Positions 47,180 through 55,106 of a stretch of 64,000 bases of DNA are shown here, piece after piece. How positions within the stretch are numbered: position 1 is the first letter of the stretch; every line of letters begins with the position of its first letter. A model generated the notes under the pieces. That model made no database searches. It saw only the letters and a program-made list of their open reading frames with translations, and was not told where the DNA came from. Source of the stretch: a virus (taxonomy: Duplodnaviria; Caudoviricetes). A program made the position numbers and the translations under genes. The stretch covers positions 1 to 64,000 of IMG/VR virus record IMGVR_UViG_3300014205_000003; one strand, given 5' to 3'.

Positions 47180-47857
47180 ATGTCAGTTCACACGCAACGT
47201 CTTATCCAGCTTCTGCAAAAAGAAGGCTTCGTTCCTCCGACTCCTCCCCCGCAGGGTATGCCTCCTGGCGCTCCTCCTGCTGATCCGAATGCTGGAATGC
47301 CTCCCCAAGGTGATCCTGCTGCCGCTGGTGCACCTGTTGATCCCGCGACAGGTATGCCAATGGACCCTGCAATGGCTCAGCAGATGCCAGCAGATCCTGC
47401 CGCAATGCCTCCTCCGGGTGATCCTGCAGCTATGGGTGGTGCACCTGTTGATCCTGCTACAGGTATGCCGATGGACCCTAACGCTATGCCTGCTGATCCC
47501 AATGCTCAGCCGCCAGTTCCTACTCTTGCAGAGATTCCTGTGGATCAGTTCATGGCGATGATGCAGGACATGATGACTGCTGGTAAAGCTCCTGAGGGTC
47601 CTGCGGATGACGGCAAGAAAGAATCTGTTGCCGATCTGAGCAAGCGCATGGAGAATCTTGAAGGTATGCTGAGTCAGCTCCTGCAGGCTTCGGGTATGAT
47701 GCCTCCTGAGCAGGGCGCGGCTCCTATGGCTCCTCCGATGCCTCCTCCTGACGCTACGCAGAAGACTGCCGCTCTTGCTGAGTTGAAGAACAAGAACGCT
47801 GTCAAGAACGCAACTCTGGCAGGCAAGCTTCGTAAACTCGGTGGCGTGGTTCGCTAA
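47180..47857 (+). CDS. Pro/Ala/Met-rich protein with leader-like N-terminus
   Basis: LIQLLQKEG; repeated GAPVDPATGMPMDP; TQKTAA. Confidence 0.65.
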   Translation: MSVHTQRLIQLLQKEGFVPPTPPPQGMPPGAPPADPNAGMPPQGDPAAAGAPVDPATGMPMDPAMAQQMPADPAAMPPPGDPAAMGGAPVDPATGMPMDPNAMPADPNAQPPVPTLAEIPVDQFMAMMQDMMTAGKAPEGPADDGKKESVADLSKRMENLEGMLSQLLQASGMMPPEQGAAPMAPPMPPPDATQKTAALAELKNKNAVKNATLAGKLRKLGGVVR

Positions 47858-47885
47858 AAAGTGCACATCTGTGCGTTTTCTGGAG
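47856..47885. repeat. Dispersed palindrome, copy 9
   Basis: AAAAAGTGCACATCTGTGCGTTTTCTGGAG, identical to copy 7. Confidence 0.9.
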
Positions 47886-47892
47886 ATTGTAG

Positions 47893-48570
47893 ATGCCTGA
47901 TCAAGATCATCAGAGTCGTGTTGAGCGCATGAAAAACTCTTTGAAGAGTCTGGCTACTCAAGCTGGAAACACTCTCAAAGAACATCCAGAATACGTTACA
48001 GCGCCTGCTGGAGCTCTTGCCGGGGGTTACTTAGCTAACAAGGCTACAGGTAATCCTTTGATGACTGCTGGAAGTGCCGCTGGTGGTGCAGGACTGGCTT
48101 ATGCTCTAACAGACGTCTTGAAACATCAGACTCCTGGAGTACTTGCTAAAGACTTGAAGCCTGAGAGTACTTCTAATGCTGTCGAGGACTTTGCAGAGTC
48201 TCCAATAATGACGACTGTTGGAACAGCGGCATCTGCTCTACCTTCTGCGGCTCTTACAGGAGCTCAACTTACAGGTCTGTCTGCTATTCCTGGATATGGT
48301 CTCTATCGGCTTAAAGAACTTCTCAGACGTAAGGGTGTTTTTGACAAAGTAGTAGATGAAACAGGTAAAGCAAAGAAACCCACAGGTGTTTTAGGTGGGA
48401 TTAAAGGCTTCGTTACAGGCAATGAACACATTTGGAACCCTATTCAGGCTAGTGGGATAAACCCTATTGCTCAGAAAGCTCACAGAGTTGTTAAAGCTTC
48501 TGCAATTCCTGAAGGCGTTAAGAAGGTCTTGCGTGCGGTCATAGGTTCTGGTATCATTAAGGCTAAATAA
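47893..48570 (+). CDS. Gly-zipper protein
   Basis: AGALAGGYLA and AAGGAGLAYAL. Confidence 0.55.
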   Translation: MPDQDHQSRVERMKNSLKSLATQAGNTLKEHPEYVTAPAGALAGGYLANKATGNPLMTAGSAAGGAGLAYALTDVLKHQTPGVLAKDLKPESTSNAVEDFAESPIMTTVGTAASALPSAALTGAQLTGLSAIPGYGLYRLKELLRRKGVFDKVVDETGKAKKPTGVLGGIKGFVTGNEHIWNPIQASGINPIAQKAHRVVKASAIPEGVKKVLRAVIGSGIIKAK

Positions 48571-48572
48571 GC

Positions 48573-50405
48573 ATGCCTGCTCAAACAGTAGGTCAGTACC
48601 TAATTCAGAATATCCTTCCAGCAGACGTCTACGACGGCTCTCCGCTGGACAAAAAGGGTATTGCTAAAGTCTTCTCCCAGTTGGCTGAAAAGTATCCAGA
48701 CAAGTACGTAGATATTCTGGATGACTACAACCAAGCTGCTGGAGACGCTGTAGCACGTTATGGTGGCGTTGCTTCTATTGGTCTCTCAGACTTAGACATT
48801 CCAGAACCTGTTAAGATTCATCGTGATGCTCTCCGTCTGAAAGTCAAAGCTATTCAGCAGAGTCCTACGCTTACAGGTAAACAGAAGAATGACGCTGTAG
48901 TCAAGTTGATGCTCTCAGAAGCAGACAACATTCGCAAGATGACTACAGAAGAGTCCATGAAAAATGGCTCACACTTCGGTCTTTCAGCTTCCAAAGGCTT
49001 CAGAGGAAATCCGTTGCAGACTACGCAGATGATTTATGGAGATCTTCTCGTAGCCGACCATAAAGATCGGCCAATCCCTGTTGCAGGTCTGCATGGTTAT
49101 GGCGAAGGTGTAACCCCTGCTGAGTACTTCGCAGGCTCGTATGGTGCTCGTAAAGGACAGGTCTCAGTACAGATTGCTACTGCTAAGTCTGGATTCTTAG
49201 GTAAAGAAATATCCTACGCAGCCCAACGTCAAGTAATTACCGGAGACGACTGCGGAGCTAAGAATGTAGGCATAACAGTCAATGGAGATAATCCTGAGAT
49301 CATAGGAAGTGTTCTAGCCAAGACTACAAAAGGTATCCCCGCAGGAACAGTTATTACCAAGAACAATCTTCCAGACCTTGAAGGTACTAAAGTTCGTATC
49401 CGTTCTCTCAGTACTTGTCAGATGCCTAACGGAGTTTGTAAGATGTGCGCAGGCAAGAGAGAACAGGGAAAGTTCCCCGACACAGGGTCTTACGTTGGAA
49501 TCACGTCTGCCAGAAGTTTGTCAGAACCCTTTACGCAATCGGCACTTAGTTACAAGCATACTGGAGGAGTTGCAAAGGGTAAAATTGATCGTGGTCTTCA
49601 AGGCTTTGCAGAGGTTGAGCAGTTCTTCAATGCTCCTGAGAACTTCAAAGGTGTTGCTCTGCAGTCTACCAAGGATGGGATTGTTCAGAACATCATCAAA
49701 GCTCCTCAAGGGGGCTCGTACGTATTCATTGACGGTCAGAAGCACTACGCTGATCCTGACATGACATTGACAGTTAAGAAAGGTGATTCTGTAGAAGCTG
49801 GAGATGTTCTTTCCGATGGAACTCCTCATCCAGGCCTTGTAGCTCACTATAAGGGATTGGGAGCTGGACGCGCTTATTTCATTGATAAGCTTGGCCAGAT
49901 CTTAGAGAAGAATGGTATTCCTGGGCACATGAGACACGTCGATTCTATGGCTAAAGCCTTCTACGACAGAGTACGTATAACTAATCCAGAAGGCTTCATG
50001 GGATACAACCCTGACGACGTTGTTCCCTATACAGAGATCCAAAAGGATTATAGCCCACGGAAAGGTACTATCTCTGTTGCTCCTAAACAAGCTGTCAATC
50101 AATACTTAGAACGTCCTGTTCTGCACTACACCATTGGAACACGTGTTACTCCCAATGTGATCAAAGAGATGAACGAAGAAGGTGTTCCTGCAATTGAAGT
50201 CCATAAAGACCTTCCAGACTTCGAACCTGAAGTCTCAAGGATTATGGATATCCAAGCATCTGATCCAGATTGGCAGACACAGCTTGCGGGCTTCAATCTA
50301 AGGAAGAGTTTGCTGAAGTCTGTTACACACGGCTCCACAAGTACTACAGCTGGTACTTCCTATGTTCCCAAGTTAGTCAATAGTACGGTTCTGCAAAATG
50401 CTTAA
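48573..50405 (+). CDS. RNA polymerase beta' subunit, C-terminal part
   Basis: Bridge helix EYFAGSYGARKG..TAKSGF; Zn site DDCG/RS..TC...GVCKMC; trigger loop SLSEPFTQ..HTGG. Confidence 0.9.
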   Translation: MPAQTVGQYLIQNILPADVYDGSPLDKKGIAKVFSQLAEKYPDKYVDILDDYNQAAGDAVARYGGVASIGLSDLDIPEPVKIHRDALRLKVKAIQQSPTLTGKQKNDAVVKLMLSEADNIRKMTTEESMKNGSHFGLSASKGFRGNPLQTTQMIYGDLLVADHKDRPIPVAGLHGYGEGVTPAEYFAGSYGARKGQVSVQIATAKSGFLGKEISYAAQRQVITGDDCGAKNVGITVNGDNPEIIGSVLAKTTKGIPAGTVITKNNLPDLEGTKVRIRSLSTCQMPNGVCKMCAGKREQGKFPDTGSYVGITSARSLSEPFTQSALSYKHTGGVAKGKIDRGLQGFAEVEQFFNAPENFKGVALQSTKDGIVQNIIKAPQGGSYVFIDGQKHYADPDMTLTVKKGDSVEAGDVLSDGTPHPGLVAHYKGLGAGRAYFIDKLGQILEKNGIPGHMRHVDSMAKAFYDRVRITNPEGFMGYNPDDVVPYTEIQKDYSPRKGTISVAPKQAVNQYLERPVLHYTIGTRVTPNVIKEMNEEGVPAIEVHKDLPDFEPEVSRIMDIQASDPDWQTQLAGFNLRKSLLKSVTHGSTSTTAGTSYVPKLVNSTVLQNA

Positions 50406-51460
50406 CCACTTTTCACGGAAGGGGGACTATAAGCTCCCCTCTGTCGAATATTAATGGCCGCATTGAAGTCTGCGTCCATCGTCATTCCACACGCGGTACA
50501 ACAGAACGACTCTCCCTTACGGGAAAGTTTGTCTACCGCTCCGCACAAGCTGCATGTCTGCGAAGTATAGGCAGGAGGTACTTTCGTATACTTAATGCCT
50601 AATTCTTCGCTGACCATCTGAAGCCGACTCAAAACTTTTGAGTAGCTCCAGCGTTGCAGCTTGTTCATGAACTGTTTGCGAATCTTACCTTTAGACCCCT
50701 TCTTCACATCCTTCAAATCTTCTACTACAAGCTCTCGAACGTTCTGCAAGTCGAGAAGATTAACAGACTGATTGATCTTCTGATCACGTTCTGTAAGAGC
50801 TCGCTTGAAAGCTTTAGATCCTTGCTTCTTCCTAGCAATTTTCTTATACACATCTTCCATACCTACGTCGTAGATTTGCTGATCTGACGAAGCAAGAAGC
50901 TTCTTGTACCCGCAATCAAGACCTAAGGAAGATCCTATAGAAGAGCTAGGAGTAGTCTTCTCGAAGAAGACATCGAGGAACCACTTTCCGTTTACGTTTC
51001 TTAAACAGGAGCCTTTCAGTAGTTTCCAGCCATTCTGACTGAACTTGAGAAAGTGTTTATGTTTACGTGAAGGGATCTTAAGGATGAGCTTGTTCCCAAG
51101 ACAGTATATTTTTATCCAGAAGTCGAAGGAGTTAGTTTCGGCGTAAAAGGTGCAGATATTTTCACTTAAATCAAACGTCTTCTGTTTGATCACCGGCTTG
51201 GAAGCTTTCTTGCCTTTGTTCTTTCGCGTCCTTGTTCTGTTAAGCACGCCAAAAGCCTGAATAAAGAGACAGTGACAAATTCTATGAGAGAGCCATGTTT
51301 GAACAGGTTGTAGCTTGTCAAATTTTCTTGCTGACGGATATTGCCAAAAGTGATCTACGTAGACGTTGAGAACACGTAGAGCTTCATCACTGAACGTATT
51401 AAGCTTCTGGAGCTTTCCAGCATTAGCAAAATTCAATGACATTTGAACTCGACGAATCAC
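50402..51460 (-). CDS. tnpB: TnpB RNA-guided endonuclease
   Basis: GLDCG, VVEDL, TSQTCSLCG..CTACG and DADFNAA. Confidence 0.92.
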   Translation of the reverse strand: MIRRVQMSLNFANAGKLQKLNTFSDEALRVLNVYVDHFWQYPSARKFDKLQPVQTWLSHRICHCLFIQAFGVLNRTRTRKNKGKKASKPVIKQKTFDLSENICTFYAETNSFDFWIKIYCLGNKLILKIPSRKHKHFLKFSQNGWKLLKGSCLRNVNGKWFLDVFFEKTTPSSSIGSSLGLDCGYKKLLASSDQQIYDVGMEDVYKKIARKKQGSKAFKRALTERDQKINQSVNLLDLQNVRELVVEDLKDVKKGSKGKIRKQFMNKLQRWSYSKVLSRLQMVSEELGIKYTKVPPAYTSQTCSLCGAVDKLSRKGESFCCTACGMTMDADFNAAINIRQRGAYSPPSVKSG

Positions 51461-51624
51461 TTAGAGACTTCTCCTATAAGAGCTTCGACAGCCTTTAAAG
51501 AAACCTTACGGCGTTTTGACGGGGTGACGTAACCTTTAAGATGTCCAGAGTCAAACCAGTTACGAACTGTATCAGGATGAACTCCTAGCATCTTAGCTGC
51601 TTTGACGATTGATATGAATTCCAT
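51457..51624 (-). CDS. 55-aa MerR/excisionase-type HTH protein (like the IS607 TnpA N-domain); not in ORF track
   Basis: MEFISIVKAAKMLGVHPDTVRNWFDSGHLKGYVTPSKRRKVSLKAVEALIGEVSK; GTGA overlap with tnpB. Confidence 0.8.
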   Translation of the reverse strand: MEFISIVKAAKMLGVHPDTVRNWFDSGHLKGYVTPSKRRKVSLKAVEALIGEVSK

Positions 51625-51804
51625 GTTTCTTGTTCTTTCTGTTCTAATTCTAATATAGCACCGCTTTTAAATAAACTGTTCATCTGTGCGTTTTTATTCA
51701 TAAGGTAAATGTTTTGTATTTTTGTTCGTATATTATCTCTAATGACTTTCCTCAGTATATTAGTTGTGTGGCACCTGTTGTAATCTAGTAAAGGAAAACT
51801 CACG

Positions 51805-53967
51805 ATGGCTGACATGACTTTCGAGGCAAAATTTGCTCAGCTCGCTGGGAACCAGTTGTCTGACAAACTGCCGTCGATGCTTCCCTACTTCGTCGGCTTC
51901 CAACTCCTCGACAAAGCAGATGACGAGACGCGTGCCGTAGGCATAAACGTCTTTGTTGTCAACGGCTTGTGGATCTATAATCCTGTCTTCTTCCTCAAGG
52001 GAGACATCAAAGGTCTTCAGGACTTGCTCTTTGTCAAGCAGAAGAACATGTTTGTTCCTGCTATGGATAACTGGATTAGTGCTCTGAAAGATCAGGGACT
52101 TGATTCGCTTACTCCGGGCAAAGCTAAGAAGAACACTGGTCGTGGTGGTTCTAAGAACCCTAAAGAGAAGTCCTTCGCTGCTCATCAGATTCCCTTTGAT
52201 GAAATGCTCTTCTCGTCCAGCTCTTCTCAGGACGGCATGGGCAAGACGGGTTCTGCTGCTAATGATATGGTCACTGAAGAAGACTTCAAGATGATGACCA
52301 AGCTTGCTTCCACTACGTGGGAACTCGGCTTGGATACTCAGTTGTCTGCCATGCCTAAGTACGCTCAGGACATGTTCTTCAACACTCTTACAGCTAATGC
52401 AGATTTTGCTAATGCTGTTCTCAAGTTCTACAGCCCTGACAGCATCAACGGTATGGCTTCTATGATGAAGACTGCTGCGACTGTTGTCAAGAATGAAAGT
52501 ACTTCTCCTGCGGAGGACAAGCTTCTGGTCGTTGACAGTATGTCGCATCCAGATGCCAAGAAGCTTTCTACTGCTGAGAAGAAACTGCTTACTCAGAATG
52601 GAGTCTTTGTACGAGACAATCGCAGCAATCATTCTCTGCTCTTCAAGACTGAAGTCAAGCAGAGCGCGCTGGAGAATCCTACAGCTTCAGGTGTCTACGA
52701 TGTCCTTCAGGCTGATGGAAGCATGAAGCCCTATATCGTGTTTGTAGGCGTTCATGGTCTGCAAGCTGGTAATCGCCCGTGTTGCAAGACTACAGATGGT
52801 AACTCTGGACGCGAAGTAGCACTGATCCCTCTGTCTGACACTACAACGTTTACTACAGAGAATGCGTCTAAGCTCTTTGTACGTCCTGTGAATGACAAAG
52901 AATCCTACAAGAAGGTTACTGGTCGAGTTGGTCGTGTTGCTACTAAGCGCGCTTGGAACACCAACACAGATGGAAGCTATGGCGAGATCTTGATGGTTCA
53001 GCCGTCTACTCAGTCTGTCTATGTGTTTGGTCGCACCGGAAATACTGAACTCCGATTCCACGACACTGAGACTGCTAACAGTGTTGGACGCTCTGATGAC
53101 TCTGGTTGTCTTGAGCCGCAGTTTACTGGTGAAGTCGGTAAGCTCTATGTTCAAGGCGGCGTAGTGGTTATTCCGAAAGACGTCAAGATCTTTACTCAGA
53201 TGAAATATTCTGACAAGCCAAACTTTGGAGATATGAATACGATCAATCGTATGGTCTTCAAAGAAGCTGAGATGCATCCTTTGCAGGTGATCGTCCGTGC
53301 TTCTGGTGTGACTATTCGCAGCGAGAAGATCAACCAGACGATGGACAAGACTGCAGCGATTCGTCACTTGGTTGAGAAGGAAGGCATTACAGGTCAGCAA
53401 GCTTTCATGTCTATCCATCATGACGTTGCTGGTAAGCCGGATGGAAGCGTCAAGTACTTTATCAAGTATGCCTTCGACTACGATGTCAATAACAACCAAG
53501 ACATCAAGCAGAACATCAATCGCAATGAAGAGACTGGTCCTGTTGAGACTATCTCTATGCAAGCTGCTCGTCCAGTAATGCCTGCAGATGCGGTACAGCA
53601 GGCCGTCAAGGCGTCTGAGAATGGGAACCGACAGGTATTCGACGTCACAGTGTTGAACAACCTTGTGCAGTCTGCAGACGTGTCCGAGCTCCGTAAGAGC
53701 TTCATCGTAGATATGATGAAGGGCATGGATAAAACTGGACGTCTTCTTTTTATCTATTACTGGCACAATGATCAGTTCTCAGAGCGCTTCGGCAAGGAAG
53801 ACTTGGCCTCTCTGGAGGATAAGATTCGTCAAGTGTTCCGCAATACTGGCGATCTCATTCTGTACCTCAAGGAGAAGATGCCCCTTGAGACTGGAACTCA
53901 GGAACACATCTTGGGTAATCTGTCCGAGGACATTGGCAGTGCTGAAGAGACTGACAGCAAGAGCTAA
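51805..53967 (+). CDS. Large virion/head-associated protein with many KxA motifs
   Basis: 720 aa; MTKLAS, MMKTAA, FKEAE, MDKTAA, IKYAF; high-expression codon style. Confidence 0.65.
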   Translation: MADMTFEAKFAQLAGNQLSDKLPSMLPYFVGFQLLDKADDETRAVGINVFVVNGLWIYNPVFFLKGDIKGLQDLLFVKQKNMFVPAMDNWISALKDQGLDSLTPGKAKKNTGRGGSKNPKEKSFAAHQIPFDEMLFSSSSSQDGMGKTGSAANDMVTEEDFKMMTKLASTTWELGLDTQLSAMPKYAQDMFFNTLTANADFANAVLKFYSPDSINGMASMMKTAATVVKNESTSPAEDKLLVVDSMSHPDAKKLSTAEKKLLTQNGVFVRDNRSNHSLLFKTEVKQSALENPTASGVYDVLQADGSMKPYIVFVGVHGLQAGNRPCCKTTDGNSGREVALIPLSDTTTFTTENASKLFVRPVNDKESYKKVTGRVGRVATKRAWNTNTDGSYGEILMVQPSTQSVYVFGRTGNTELRFHDTETANSVGRSDDSGCLEPQFTGEVGKLYVQGGVVVIPKDVKIFTQMKYSDKPNFGDMNTINRMVFKEAEMHPLQVIVRASGVTIRSEKINQTMDKTAAIRHLVEKEGITGQQAFMSIHHDVAGKPDGSVKYFIKYAFDYDVNNNQDIKQNINRNEETGPVETISMQAARPVMPADAVQQAVKASENGNRQVFDVTVLNNLVQSADVSELRKSFIVDMMKGMDKTGRLLFIYYWHNDQFSERFGKEDLASLEDKIRQVFRNTGDLILYLKEKMPLETGTQEHILGNLSEDIGSAEETDSKS

Positions 53968-53976
53968 CTGTCAGAC

Positions 53977-55106
53977 AAACTGAAAAACAACGATCTTGTA
54001 TACTGTTATACAAGGGAGTAATTAATGATTCGTAGAGTGCAAATGTCTTTAGAGTCGTCCAATAGAAGCAAACTACAGAAACTGGATACTGTGGAGGTAG
54101 AGGCTTTACGTGTTTTAAACCTTTCGATTGATTACTTATGGCAATATCCGTCTACAAGAAAATTTGATAAACCCCCCGCATTTCAGACGTGGCTCTCTTA
54201 CCGTTTTTGTCAATGTCTTTTTATTCAAGCCTTTAATGTTCTTAAAAAACTGCGAGCACGAAAAAATAAGGCTAAAAAAGTATCAAAACCAATCATCAAG
54301 AATAAAACGTTTGATGTGACTAAAAACATCTGTACGTTTTACAGAGCAGAAAACTCGTTTGATTTTTGGATAAAAGTTTACTGTCTGGGAAATAAAATCA
54401 ATCTCAATATCCCATCAAGAAAACATAAGCAGTTTCTTAAGTATAGTCAGAGTGGCTGGAAACTCTTAAACAGTTCCAGTCTGCGTAAAATAAATGGTAA
54501 ATGGTTCCTAGATGTCTTCTTTGAGAAAGCCCCACCTGCACCCGCTACAGGGACTTCCATAGGTCTTGATTGTGGGTATAAGAAACTCCTAGCGTCTTCA
54601 GATCAGAAAACATACGATGTAGGTATGGAGGTCGTTTATAAAAAGATAGTCAGAAAGAAGCAAGGGTCTAAGGCTTTTAAGAGAGCTCTTATAGAACGTA
54701 ATCAGAAGATCAACCAATCTGTTAAGCTACTAGACTTGAAGAACATTCAAGAACTCGTAGTGGAAGATCTCAAAGACGTTAAGAAGAGTTCTAAAGGAAA
54801 GATCCGTAAACAGTTTATGAACAAGCTGCAACGCTGGAGCTATCCAAAAGTTTTGGACAAACTTCAGATGGTCAGCGAGGAAGTTGGAGTCAAACTCCTT
54901 AAGGTGAGTCCAGCTTACACCTCGCAGACATGCAGCTTGTGCGGAGCGGTAGACAAACTGTCCCGTAAGGGAGAGTCATTCTGTTGTACCGCGTGTGGAA
55001 TGAAGATGGACGCAGACTTTAATGCGGCCAAAAACATTCTGATGAGGGGAGTTTATAGTCCCCCTTCCGTGACAAACCAATTAGAGATTATCTAATGCGT
55101 AACTAT
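53977..55106 (+). mobile_element. Non-autonomous TnpB element
   Basis: Follows CAGAC; left hairpin CTTGTATA..TATACAAG; ends at ACTAT; empty site reads in frame. Confidence 0.65.
54025..55095 (+). CDS. tnpB: TnpB RNA-guided endonuclease (paralog of 50402-51460)
   Basis: GLDCG, VVEDL, Zn finger and DADFNAA. Confidence 0.92.
   Translation: MIRRVQMSLESSNRSKLQKLDTVEVEALRVLNLSIDYLWQYPSTRKFDKPPAFQTWLSYRFCQCLFIQAFNVLKKLRARKNKAKKVSKPIIKNKTFDVTKNICTFYRAENSFDFWIKVYCLGNKINLNIPSRKHKQFLKYSQSGWKLLNSSSLRKINGKWFLDVFFEKAPPAPATGTSIGLDCGYKKLLASSDQKTYDVGMEVVYKKIVRKKQGSKAFKRALIERNQKINQSVKLLDLKNIQELVVEDLKDVKKSSKGKIRKQFMNKLQRWSYPKVLDKLQMVSEEVGVKLLKVSPAYTSQTCSLCGAVDKLSRKGESFCCTACGMKMDADFNAAKNILMRGVYSPPSVTNQLEII

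Larger units (their letters stand above)
50380..51681 (-). mobile_element. TnpB element with HTH gene (left end approximate)
   Basis: Right-end motif shared with the other two elements; HTH and tnpB translationally coupled. Confidence 0.6.

Noticed and set aside
36327-50405. Cellular rpoBC locus or pseudogene
   Set aside because: The pieces are intact, highly diverged, lack ribosomal-protein neighbours and sit among phage head genes.
51585-51815. 76-aa minus-strand ORF in the track
   Set aside because: An overlapping frame (51457-51624) encodes a clear HTH coupled to tnpB and is preferred.
44857-55095. Cas12f/type V CRISPR effectors
   Set aside because: About 350 aa, no array, and omega-RNA-like ends, so these are TnpB.
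50402-55095. Composite transposon formed by two divergent tnpB copies around ORF 51805
   Set aside because: The copies are diverged in their 5' halves and each has its own inferred insertion site. The enclosed gene has native head-gene features.
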